In this document: in pieces, positions 1 to 10,100 of the stretch
Layout: every line of letters begins with the position of its first letter
Numbering within the stretch: the stretch's first letter is position 1
NCBI GenBank assembly: GCA_963764165.1
Contig: CAVXRD010000004.1
Location: forward strand, 512,001-576,000
Length of the DNA: 64,000 nucleotides
Direction of reading: 5' to 3'
From: an uncultured Verrucomicrobiae bacterium
GTDB lineage: Bacteria; Verrucomicrobiota; Verrucomicrobiia; Limisphaerales; Palsa-1400
Made by a program: the position numbers and the translations under genes
Notes under the pieces: generated by a model
What the model was told of the DNA's origin: nothing
Database searches by the model: none
Seen by the model: only the letters and a program-made list of their open reading frames with translations

Positions 1-789
1 AGGGCCGTTGGTGGTGGACGCGGTGAAAGGGAGAGTGACGGCGGTGGGTGTGTAGACGATCGTGGCCTTGAGAGAAGCGGTGGCTTGGGCGGTGAAGGTA
101 GTCACGGCAATTTCACCTTCCAAAGGTCCATTGGTCGTGAGCGACATATTGGTGTTGATCTTATTCGTCCACGGGATGCCCGCATTCGTGAGCGTGGTAT
201 AGAACGACCACGATTCGATAGCATCCAACGCCAGATCAGCGCCGTATCCCTCGTACAAATCCTGGAAGGGCGCGCCAGAATTAAGGGTGGCAAGCGTCTC
301 CCAGCCATAGAGGGCGGCGGCGCTCAAAAAGACGTTCGACCCGCCCGTCTCGCTCGATGGAATGAAATACCAAAAGCCGTTCGATCCAAGGTAGGTGGCG
401 CTGAGGTCGTCCGACCCGGGATAGGGACCCGAGTAGTCATCGTCCTGCGTCCACTGGCCGTTTACCGTCGTGGTGATATTTGACGCCGTGCAAGCCGCAA
501 TCAGCAAATTGGTGCCCTGAGCCCAAACGGGAAATTGTTCCTGGCCTATGATCGAGATGGTCAGATTGTCATTTTCTTGAATCGACTCGACCTCGACACC
601 AGTCAGGACACCGTCGTTGTAGATGTTTAGGGAGCCTGTCCCGGAACCGGAGCTGGAGCCGCTGGCGCTAAGGTTGAGTTGAACGGAAATCGTCCCCACC
701 AGGTTGGATTGGGCCCTGGCAGTGGATTGAACGGAAAGGCAGGCCAACAGGGCAGCCATGATGGCGGCGAAAAAATATAAGTTCTTCAT
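1..789 (-). CDS. Secreted protein, 3' end outside window; may continue into a PKD-type domain
   Basis: Absent from the ORF track. Manual translation from ATG at 789 is open to base 1: MKNLYFFAAIMAALLACLSVQSTARAQ (signal peptide)...VTLPFTASTTNGP, which resembles the start of a PKD repeat. Confidence 0.75.
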   Translation of the reverse strand, partial: MKNLYFFAAIMAALLACLSVQSTARAQSNLVGTISVQLNLSASGSSSGSGTGSLNIYNDGVLTGVEVESIQENDNLTISIIGQEQFPVWAQGTNLLIAACTASNITTTVNGQWTQDDDYSGPYPGSDDLSATYLGSNGFWYFIPSSETGGSNVFLSAAALYGWETLATLNSGAPFQDLYEGYGADLALDAIESWSFYTTLTNAGIPWTNKINTNMSLTTNGPLEGEIAVTTFTAQATASLKATIVYTPTAVTLPFTASTTNGP

Positions 790-1351
790 AACAAGGCTTC
801 GCGATGACCGCGCTCACGCAACGGCACATCCCTCTACAGACCCCTTTTGGGAAAAAGGTTACAGAAAGAATGACGCCGCAAACCGACCCATCCCTGGCCA
901 CCAGATTCAACCTCCATCCGAGCATCCAGCCCCAAAAAAATGGAAATGGCGCAGGATCATCACATGATCTCCAGGAGTGGCAAATGGTTCCTCGCCATTT
1001 TCGGTGAAATGAGACAACTCGTTAGCCGTCGTTGCGGGACAACCCATTTGGAATCCAGGGTTGGTCTTTGGTTGGCCAAAGCTCGGTATAGTATATGGTC
1101 TCGAAAAAGGGGCAACACCCGCTACACGGTTGACCATCAACGAGATAAGGGGCAACAAAAATAGCAACAAACCCGCAACAGACCCGCAACATTTCTTCCC
1201 GCGCTGTCGGGTTGCATGAAACGCGGCGTCATTCCGTCGTTCCCTGAAATTTTCATCAAGATGCCCGCACCATCATTTGTTCCATTGAAGACAGTGAGGA
1301 ACCCTGCAAAAGCAGCTACAGGCCCGCTACAAACCCGTTACATTTCATCTG

Positions 1352-1540
1352 AGCCGGGGCGATTCAGTTCGCATGGGGAGCGCACGCGCCTCGCGTGCAG
1401 TGTTCCGCGCCCTCGCGGAACACATTTGACGGACAAACCAATTAGTGCGCCGAATTCTCGAAGGCGACTGGCGTGGGCGTCAGTCGTCCACACCCGAGGG
1501 CGGGTGTGCTCCCCGTGATACGAACTGCATCGTTCCGGCT
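1352..1540. mobile_element. MITE-like element: ~20-bp terminal inverted repeats enclosing a REP-like palindrome
   Basis: Left end AGCCGGGGCGATTCAGTTCG versus reverse complement of right end AGCCGGAACGATGCAGTTCG (17/20). Inner pair GGGGAGCGCACGCGCC (1375) and GGCGGGTGTGCTCCCC (to 1514). Confidence 0.6.
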
Positions 1541-2082
1541 AAGAGGGTTGCAATGGAATGAAACCATGTGCTTTCATGGCGTTTTGGACATGCTCCTTCG
1601 TCGAGTTTGGGCTGCGGCCTGTCACAGACCCCAAATTGCCCCGCCGAGCCAGACGGCGCAACCATATGACGAACCGCAGTAGGAAATTGCGTGACGGGAT
1701 GTGACTAGCGGGAGGCCGATTTCTCACCGGCTTCTGATCAAGCTCCTCAGAGTCTAAACTCGCTTTGCCTTGATTCCAAATGCGGGGGGGCAAACTGAAA
1801 TGGGAAGATTCTGCGCATTCAACCCGGCTTTGCTCGAATTGCAGCGCAAAGAGACGCTCAATGCCGCTAATGAACCAGCCTTCGTCGTCCTTCCAGGAGG
1901 GGGTTACGACCCGCGAGCCGGTCCCAATGGCGCTGCTCCTTCGAGCGTACGAAAGGAAATGGGGTGGCCGGTATGGCCCAATGATGTGACCGCCGTTACG
2001 AACGCTGTCGCTCAAATCGGGCCCTAAATGCTGCGAGGACGCCTGGGCGTGACGGACGGGTTATTGCCCTGTCCAATTGTAA

Positions 2083-2917
2083 ATAAATACGAGACGAATC
2101 GAACGCGGGAAAAAATTCGATGGCGGCTTTACACTTGTAGAATTGCTGGTGGTCATCGCGATCATCGGCATTCTGGCGGCCTTGCTGCTTACGGGGATAT
2201 CAAAGGCCAAGGGTATCGCCCAATCCGCCACCTGCAAAAACCATCTGCACCAAATGGGACTGGCCTTGCAAATGTACGTGGATGAACACCACGGCAAATA
2301 TCCGTTTTACCACGGCTTGCCAGACCATGCGTTGGACGATCCAGTTGGCGCTTACAACTCCGGGTTTTGGTGGGCTAAGCTTCTGCCTTATTATCCCCTC
2401 AAAGTGGTTGGACCCGGCATACCACTGTCCGGGATACAAAGGCGCGATCGAAGAGTCGGCAAGAATTCCAGGCGGTTGGTTTCCTCCTCTCGGCAGCTAT
2501 GCTTACAATGAGCGGGGGGCGGTTGATTTGGGCGGAAATCCCATCACAACCAACGGCCTGCTGCTGGGGTTGGGGGGCCGTCCCAGCCGGAAGTCGGGAA
2601 CAGCTTCTGAAAATCATTCGGAAGATCAAATAGCGGTGCCGAGCGAGATGTTTGCCATTGGTGAATCCAGATGGAATGTCCCGGATAAAAGATCCGGCGG
2701 ACATAGAGGTGGTTTTGATTACATGCAAATCGGCGCGCTGGCGACTCGGGGAATTTTCAAATTTGACCCGGCAAGGCACGGGAAGAACTACAATCAACTA
2801 TTTTGCGATGGCCATGTGGGGTCGATGAATCCCTGGGTGCTGTTCAACCAAACGAATACGGCCGCCATGTGGAATTACGACCATCTGCCTCATCCGGAAT
2901 TCTGGACACCGTTTTAA
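2083..2917 (+). pseudogene. Prepilin-type N-terminal cleavage/methylation, H-X9-DG (DUF1559-like) protein, frameshifted
   Basis: [23 protein letters not shown] in one frame; YHCP...RHGKNYNQLFCDGHV in another. One extra A at about 2401-2403 separates them. The apparent start codon reads ATA at 2083, just after an in-frame TAA. Confidence 0.8.
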
Positions 2918-3040
2918 CAATGACCACGAAGCCCAAAAGCGGCTGCACCGTTCAGCTTGTCAAATTCCGCCGCGTTAGCTCGATGGAATAAGGATCATCA
3001 GCCGCACCCTGAGCTGGTCTATTAGCGAAATGCCGCTTTA

Positions 3041-3095
3041 TGTAACCGGTCACTTCAAAACCAGTCAGTCGGGCTCGAATTAAAACCAGCCCTTT
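3041..3095 (+). mobile_element. Orphan IS21-family-like terminal sequence
   Basis: Starts TGTAA and carries tandem TCAAAACCAGTC / TTAAAACCAGCC repeats, the arrangement typical of IS21 ends. No istA/istB nearby. Confidence 0.45.
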
Positions 3096-3183
3096 GAACG
3101 TGACTGATTCATTTCAGGTTTCTTAATGCAGAACAGGGACTTTTCCATTTTCCCAACATTTACTGGCGCAGCGGGCAATGCCG

Positions 3184-3519
3184 TTACGTCCCACAAGCGT
3201 CCTCCTGCAACGGACGATTCAGGCCAGGGTGTTTCCGCCGGTTCCGCTTGAAAATCAGCAGAGAGCCAGTTGGGATGCCCAACCAAATCGCGAAAAAAGC
3301 CATCTCGTATGCTGCTGTCGCCACTTTAAGCTGTTCCCAGGTCCAACTTGGAGAAACCGTGTCACCAGCCCCTTTGTGTGTGTCCATATCCTCAAAGAAT
3401 GAGCCGAATCCAACGTCATCCGTGCATTGAAACGCCCGATGCTCAATCTGAATATTCCAAGGAACCAGTGTGACGAATAAAGAAAACAATGACCAGCCAA
3501 CGGCCAAGATGCCGAACAT
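3184..3519 (-). CDS. Small membrane protein with 2 hydrophobic segments, possibly N-terminally decayed
   Basis: Hydrophobic stretches FGILAVGWSLFSLFVTLV and MAFFAIWLGIPTGSLLIF. An in-frame TAA lies 6 codons upstream of the ATG. Confidence 0.4.
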   Translation of the reverse strand: MFGILAVGWSLFSLFVTLVPWNIQIEHRAFQCTDDVGFGSFFEDMDTHKGAGDTVSPSWTWEQLKVATAAYEMAFFAIWLGIPTGSLLIFKRNRRKHPGLNRPLQEDACGT

Positions 3520-3886
3520 GAAGATGGTCTCCAGTTACTTCAAGGCGTCTCGCCCTGCGCAACGGCGGTTCGCAGCTCGCGATTCTTCGGCGAACCCCAA
3601 GGCGACCAAATTGATCTCTTGGGTTTATTTGCGGGCTTCATTTCAAGCCTTATAACGACTGCGCCAATGTAGCGAGGATTAAGACGGACTTCAATCAAAC
3701 AAGCTTCTTTGATAACTTTTTGATGGATTGGGCTCGCATCTTAATTGGCCTAAACATCGGGCTTATGCAATCTTGTTGCCTGATGCATCATGCGCGCAAC
3801 GTTTCTTGGGGCCGTCCTGCCAGTTCGACGGACTGGCCGGCTGCGCCAATCGGACGTTTCATGCAAATCGAACGATAGGCAAATTT

Positions 3887-4378
3887 ATGAACTTCGCACT
3901 CGAAACACCCGTTCTGCAGCCTGTTGAAACCACCGTTGTGGCCGCCACTGTGACGCCGCTCGTCATTCGGGATTTCTTCAAGAAGAACACCCAGGTGAAA
4001 TTCGCCACGGTTTATGCCCAGTTCGAGGACCGGTTCTTTCGTAAGACTGAAGAGCCGATTGCTGAATTGACGTATCTCAAATATAAGCTGCTGCGGATCG
4101 CGCCAGACGGCGCCATCATTACAGAACTCGGCGGCGAAGCAAAAGCCGAAGGTACAGTGACGGCGGCTTTGGAGTTTGTGAAGAAACAAGGTCACGGTGA
4201 GCCGGGCATCTTGCAGACAAATGGCTATGCGAACATCTTCTACGCCAGGGATCGAAAGGGCGTGCTTTGCGCGATTCGCCTTGGTTTGGCCGACGATGGC
4301 TGGGTGATTGATGCCATCCCGGTGGAGGACCCTTCTGCATGGAATGGCCAGCACCTGATATTCTGTCCGCGGTCTTAA
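3887..4378 (+). CDS. Hypothetical protein (163 aa) with NGYANIFY...GW...W...IF C-terminal motif
   Basis: ORF with protein-like composition from ATG 3887. Its stop overlaps that of the convergent mazF-like gene. Confidence 0.7.
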   Translation: MNFALETPVLQPVETTVVAATVTPLVIRDFFKKNTQVKFATVYAQFEDRFFRKTEEPIAELTYLKYKLLRIAPDGAIITELGGEAKAEGTVTAALEFVKKQGHGEPGILQTNGYANIFYARDRKGVLCAIRLGLADDGWVIDAIPVEDPSAWNGQHLIFCPRS

Positions 4379-4698
4379 AGATTCAACCAGCGCTTGAGCG
4401 CGGCTTCCACTTCACTTATGACCCGCGCATCAAATTTTCCTGGAGCTCTGCGGATAAATTCGGTGAACTTCACCGGCTGGATGCTTTGAACGTTAATGTA
4501 GCTTTGCTCCCGCAGCCACGGCACGCGAGGCAGGCTGACCTCGTAAGGCGTCTCCTCAAACTGTGTGGTAATCAAAACCACGCTGGCGAGGGCCAGTCGG
4601 GCATCGGTTTTAGCCGCCAGAACGAGCACATAACGAGGTTTACCCACCATGCCTAAATCTATGAACCAAACTTCGCCGGGTTGCGGGACGGTTCTCAT
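4375..4698 (-). CDS. Type II TA toxin, PemK/MazF family
   Basis: PQPGEVWFIDLG...KPRYVLVL...VLITT...SYINVQSIQPV motifs; 107 aa. Confidence 0.85.
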   Translation of the reverse strand: MRTVPQPGEVWFIDLGMVGKPRYVLVLAAKTDARLALASVVLITTQFEETPYEVSLPRVPWLREQSYINVQSIQPVKFTEFIRRAPGKFDARVISEVEAALKRWLNL

Positions 4699-4700
4699 CC

Positions 4701-4919
4701 CTAAAACTCATCAGCCAGCGAATTGCGGCGGGCAGGCGGGCTTAGAACGTCGTCTTCCGGGCTGTCTGCCTGGACAGGAAACGGGATTGCCCGGCGTTTG
4801 ATGATCTGCTTGTAAAAAAGCTCCAATGCCGCGCGCGGCTTCAGGCCGATCTCTTCCAAGACGGCTTCAGCTTGGCGTTTCAGCTCAGGGTCAATGCGGC
4901 TTCTGGCTACTGCGCTCAT
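4701..4919 (-). CDS. Type II TA antitoxin, RelB/DinJ family
   Basis: ARSRIDPELKRQAEAVLEEIGL...ALELFYKQII...IPF is the RelB/DinJ ribbon-helix-helix signature. Ends 2 nt before the toxin start. Confidence 0.85.
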   Translation of the reverse strand: MSAVARSRIDPELKRQAEAVLEEIGLKPRAALELFYKQIIKRRAIPFPVQADSPEDDVLSPPARRNSLADEF

Positions 4920-5146
4920 GCGCCCAATGTGGCCCAAGCGTAGCCTTTTGTCAAAGGGCCCGGCAATCGGTTTCGAACATGGATTTGGCACCCATCATAG
5001 CTTGCAACTCCCCTTTATGTGGTATGGTGAAACGTCCCGGCTTCCCCTAACCTTCTTGGATTGAGCAGCCAGACTTGGCAAGTGTGAAAGTGTTTTGCTT
5101 TGCGGAAATACATTTGTGAGGATGTGTCGGCGATTCCAAACAATTT

Positions 5147-7147
5147 ATGATTGAAACCAAATTCAGGCGCGGTTGTCCCCTCCTCGTTCTCACTCTTGCC
5201 CTGGCACAGTCCCATCTTTGCGCGTTCGCAGGTGATTTTACCCTGGAAAATGATCGGGTGACGGTCGTGGCTGTCTCGAAAGACGGACATCTCCTCCCCG
5301 GCAAATTGACGGATAAAAAAACCGGCGAGACGATCAGCCTGGGCGAGGATTTGTTCAGTTTGGTGCTCGATAATGCCAAACATATTCCGGCGGCGGGGTT
5401 CACGCTGGAGGGCGAGCCGAAGCTCGTGGAGTTGACGGCGAATCCGGCGGCTTCGCGGCGCGCCGAACAAATTGCCGGCCACGAACTCGTCGCGGAATTG
5501 AAATCGGCGGATGGCGATTTGAAAGTGACGTGGCGCGGGCAATTGCGTGATGGGTCGCGCTACTTTCGGCAGGTCTTTACGTTCACCGCCGGGGCGAAGG
5601 AAGTTCCGCTCAGCGGGATTCTTTTGACGGAATTGAATATGCCGGGCGGCCACGCCACGGGCACGGTCGACGGTTCGCCGGTGGCGACGGACACCATGTT
5701 TTTCGGGGCCGAACATCCCCTTTCCATCAATCGCGGAGAAATGGGTTACATTCGCTGCTTCGTGCCGCGAGGCGCATCGTTGTTGCCGGGCGAAAGTTAT
5801 TCGTGCTCGTCGGTGGCGGGTTTCGTGACGAAGGGCCAGTTGCGGCGCGATTTTCTCACCTACCTCGAACGCGAACGCGCGCATCCCTATCGCCTGTTCC
5901 TGCATTACAATTCCTGGTACGACATCGGCTATTTCAGCAAATACGACGAAGCGGCGGCGCTGAACGTGATCAATGCATTCGGCGAGGAATTGACGGTCAA
6001 GCGCGGGGTGAAACTTGATTCCGCGATGTTCGACGACGGCTGGGACAATCCCGAGACGCTCTGGCAATTTGACAAGACGAATTTCCCCAATGGCTTCGCC
6101 CCGATCAAGGCCGCGGCCGCAAAATACGGATTCGCGCCCGGCATCTGGCTCTCGCCGTGGGGCGGCTATGGCCAGCCGCACGCGGATCGCATCAAATTTG
6201 GGCAGGCCAACGGCTTCGAGACGCGCGACGGGAATTTCACCCTGGCCGGTCCCAAATATTACGAGCGTTTCCGCGCCTTGTGCGTGGATGTCGTCAAGAA
6301 ATACGGCATCAACCAATTCAAGTTTGACGGCATTGGCCAGAACACCGGGACGGGCGGCGGCGGCGCGCAGAGGGATTTTGACGCCATGCTCAAACTCATC
6401 GCGGAATTGCGCGCGATGAAGCCGGATTTGTATGTCAATCAAACGACGGGCACCTGGCCGTCGCCGTTCTGGCTGCTTTTCGCCGATTCCATATGGCGCG
6501 GCGGCGAGGATCATTCGTTTGTCCCCGGGACGGCGCCCGAACGCGAGCGGTGGATTACCTACAAAGACAACGATGTGCATGACGAGGTCGTGGGCCGGAG
6601 CGATTTGTATCCGCTGAATTCCCTGATGCTGCACGGCATTATTTACGCCAAGAAAGCCCATGGCTTGAATCACGACACCAATAACGTTTTCAAATCCGAG
6701 GTGCGCGCGATGTTCGGCAACGGCACCCAATTGCAGGAGATGTATATCACGCCCGCCCTGCTCACGCCCGCGAACTGGGATGCTTTGGCCGAAGCCGCGA
6801 AATGGTCGCGCGAAAATTCAGACACTCTGGTGGACACGCATTGGGTTGGCGGCTCGCCAGCAGACGGAGAAGTCTACGGCTGGGCCTCATGGTCGCCGAA
6901 GAAAGGCATCCTAACCTTGCGCAATCCGACGGCAAATCCGCGGCAAATCAAAATCGATCCCGCAAAAGTTTTTGAGCTGCCGGAAAGTGCGGCGACTTCC
7001 TACACCATCGCCAATCCGTTCAAGGATCAAAGCGTCAGCGTGACCCGACTCGAAGCAACCAAAGACACGGTCTTCAAGCTCAAACCGTTTGAAGTGCTGG
7101 TCGTCGAGGCGCTGCCGGAGAGAGCCCAGCCCACCACTGCCCGGTAA
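5147..7147 (+). CDS. Secreted GH36/clan-D-like TIM-barrel protein (family often labelled 'enterotoxin')
   Basis: Signal peptide; LHYNSWYD, FDDGWD, GIWLSPWGG and FKFDG (K-x-D nucleophile-like) motifs. Confidence 0.75.
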   Translation: MIETKFRRGCPLLVLTLALAQSHLCAFAGDFTLENDRVTVVAVSKDGHLLPGKLTDKKTGETISLGEDLFSLVLDNAKHIPAAGFTLEGEPKLVELTANPAASRRAEQIAGHELVAELKSADGDLKVTWRGQLRDGSRYFRQVFTFTAGAKEVPLSGILLTELNMPGGHATGTVDGSPVATDTMFFGAEHPLSINRGEMGYIRCFVPRGASLLPGESYSCSSVAGFVTKGQLRRDFLTYLERERAHPYRLFLHYNSWYDIGYFSKYDEAAALNVINAFGEELTVKRGVKLDSAMFDDGWDNPETLWQFDKTNFPNGFAPIKAAAAKYGFAPGIWLSPWGGYGQPHADRIKFGQANGFETRDGNFTLAGPKYYERFRALCVDVVKKYGINQFKFDGIGQNTGTGGGGAQRDFDAMLKLIAELRAMKPDLYVNQTTGTWPSPFWLLFADSIWRGGEDHSFVPGTAPERERWITYKDNDVHDEVVGRSDLYPLNSLMLHGIIYAKKAHGLNHDTNNVFKSEVRAMFGNGTQLQEMYITPALLTPANWDALAEAAKWSRENSDTLVDTHWVGGSPADGEVYGWASWSPKKGILTLRNPTANPRQIKIDPAKVFELPESAATSYTIANPFKDQSVSVTRLEATKDTVFKLKPFEVLVVEALPERAQPTTAR

Positions 7148-7180
7148 AAAAATCGCCGCCGGACAAATTGATTTCTGAAA

Positions 7181-10100
7181 ATGAGGCGTTTCAATCCGGC
7201 TGGCTGCATTTTTGCGATGGCATTGGCGGTGTTGAATCCGCCCGAATGCTTTGCGCAGTATCATAACTTCAACGTCACGAGCGGTTCGGACTGCATCATG
7301 CAGGATTATCGCTCGCCGGATGTTCCGCCGGGGATTTACGACGCGATCCATGAAGAAAATGTGACGAGCTCGGATAGCGGCGCGGGCTATTTTTACGGCG
7401 GGTTCACGCACCAAAATCAACTTCCGAACGGCAGCTTCGGCACTCTCGTGCAGTACGTCTGCTGGCCGGCCACCGGCGGCTACGCGCCGTACTCGCAGCA
7501 GATTCCGTTTTTTGCCGGGACGAACATGGTGGGTTACCCGCAGATTGGCGAAGGGAGCAGTTGCGCGATCAAAGGTTATTGGCCGCAGTTCACCAGCAAT
7601 TTGTGGACGCGCGAAGCGGTTCGCTATTGGCTTCCGTCCGACGGCACTCCGCACTTGGGTTATCAAGGCATGTGGATCAAGGATCCCGTCACAGCTAATT
7701 GGGATCACGTCGGCACGTTTCTGTATCCGTTCGCAGTTACGGGCGTGACGGGCATGAGCGGTTGGCAGGAGAATTTCTCAGGCTACACCGGCGATTACAA
7801 AGTGAACCACGCCAACGGTTATTACCACATTAACGGGGCGTGGCATATGGCCAACCAAATCCAATACACCAGCGCGGGGTATGTGTATTTGATTAACACG
7901 AACGCTGCTTCTGAATCTGACGTTGGTCACGACTACACGAATTCTTACAACAACCCGCAAACGTTGATTATGAGCGGCCAGCCGTCTGCGCCGACGTTTG
8001 ACCCCATCATCGTCACCAATTTCGCTGCCTCCGTTTACGGCAGCCAGTTGCTTGTGCAATGGCAGCTTCCCCTGTCCAGTTCGCCGCAATTGAGTTATCG
8101 CGTGGATGTGTTCAACAACTCCGCGTATTCGGGAATCGCCTCGCTCAGTTACAACAACAACGACCCGGAGGCACGGCAGGTTTTGTTGACTCTGACGAAT
8201 GTGGCCACGCCTTACGTTCGGTTGACGATTTCGGACATTTTCTTCAACACCAATGCGCCGATATTGATCACACCGGCCCTTGCTTCTCCGAGCGCGGCGA
8301 CAAATATTTCAGGCACGGTTGGCGGTTTGGCTTTTCAATACTATGAGTCCGCCAGCGGAGATTGGGGTTCGCTGCCGAACTTCAGCGCCCTCACGCCAAT
8401 TTACACGGGCGCAGTTGGCTTCACCGATGTCACACCGCGCAGGCAGCGCACTGACTACGGTTTCAATTACAGCGGTTTCATCAACGCTCCCGCAACCGGC
8501 GTTTATGCGTTCTCCTTGCATTCTGGCGACGGCAGCGAATTGGTAATCGATGGAACCAATGTCATCGACTTCGACGGTTTGCATGATTCCAGCCAATTCA
8601 AAAGCGGTGGCATTGCTTTGGCGGCCGGGCCGCACGCTTTCAATTTGCAATTCTTCAAGGGCGCGGCGAATCCCGTAAATTCCACTGCTTACACGGACGG
8701 AATTGGGCTGGCATGGCAAATCCCCGGCGCGACGGCGGCGGTCGACGTGCCGGCCTCGGCCTATTCCCGCACTCCCGCCAATGGTGAACCCTTGATTGTT
8801 TTGACGGCCCCTCTGTCAAACTCCACTGTTCCGAATTTTAACCCCGGCCTAAGCGCAACTGTGAGGGCAAACGGCAATGCTGCGAACGGCGTCTTGTTTT
8901 ATTTGACAGATTACTCGGCCTATTATGCGCATCCGGCTGCCGGAATGGATTATTATTTGGGCCGGGCGTCCACCACCCCGTATTCATTGAATTCCATGAT
9001 CTGGAGCGCTCGAACGAATTTGGTTCGCGCGCGCCTGATTTACAATGGCACCAATATAATTGACTCCGCGCCTGTGGGAATCGTCACCACGAATGGCTCG
9101 TTTGGCGCGTGGGCGTGGTCGCCGTTGGAGATGCACAATTATCCCTCTGGCGGGGCCATTCAGGGGAGCACGTTCTCGCTTCTTGGCGACGGGATGAATT
9201 TCATCAGCCGGAAAGTGACTGGCGACTCCACACTTGTCGCCCGTTTGGCCGGCCTTACCCCAAATCAGCCGAGCCCCGACGGAGTTTCGCCAGGCGGCTC
9301 ATGGCGGGCGGGAATTATTTTCAGAGGCACCACCAACGCGACCATCGGCCAACCGCTGGGCGACGGCTCGACCACTCGCTTTGCAGCGCTTTTTAGCGCA
9401 GTGGAAGGCGGCACATATTATGAGAACGACACCATGCGCAACGGAAACGGCGATGCCAATGCCTGGTCCGGCAATCTCGGGAGCAGCTATACATGGTATA
9501 AAATTCAGCGGGCGGGCGACGTGTTCACGAGCTTCATTTCGGCTGACGGACAAAATTGGATTCAAGCGAACACCATTACCTTGACAGGGATCGGAACGAG
9601 CATTTACGCGGGGGTTTTCATCAACGCGGAGCAGTCGTTCAATCCGAACATCCATAGCGCCAGCTTCGATAGCTTTAGTTTGACAGGGACGAACGTTGCG
9701 GGAGCCGCGAGTGTATCAATCAGCCCCGCCACGAATTCGATCGTTGGCGGACAAGCAGCGACCTTCGCGGCCTCTGTCGTTGGTCCTGTCCCGGCCGGTT
9801 TTCAATGGCAATTGAACGGAACGAACATCGCCAGCGCGACCAATGCCACCTACTCCATCGCGAGCGTGACTGCGGCGAATGCGGGCACTTACACTGTCAT
9901 CGCCAACGGAGTGACGAGCGCGCCTGCGTTGCTCACCATCTCCGCGCCGGCAGGTTCTGGCGTGTGGATCAACGGCGAGGGCGGGTCGTGGAGCGCGCCC
10001 GCCAATTGGAGCGGCGGATTAGCCGCTGGCGGGACGAACGCGGTCGGCGATTTCAGCACGCTCGAGCTCAGCCTCAATCCGACAGTGACCCTCAACACTC

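Noticed and set aside
1666..2027. Short ORFs including a VVLPGGGY esterase-like peptide
   Set aside because: No other alpha/beta-hydrolase motifs and multiple upstream stops; at best an unidentifiable remnant.
2930..3030. attC-like shape (GCCCAAA...CTGAGCTG...ATTAGCG) after the pilin pseudogene
   Set aside because: Both invariant triplets (AAC and GTT) are missing, and there is no integrase or cassette array.
3150..3230. Possible attC at the end of the small membrane gene (NRPLQ-like tail)
   Set aside because: Arms pair poorly and there is no proper RYYYAAC; the distal part may belong to the IS remnant.
5015..6730. Long antisense ORFs (571 aa here, and others opposite metH, mntH, gcvP and mla genes)
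   Set aside because: Shadows of GC-rich coding strands with no recognisable motifs.
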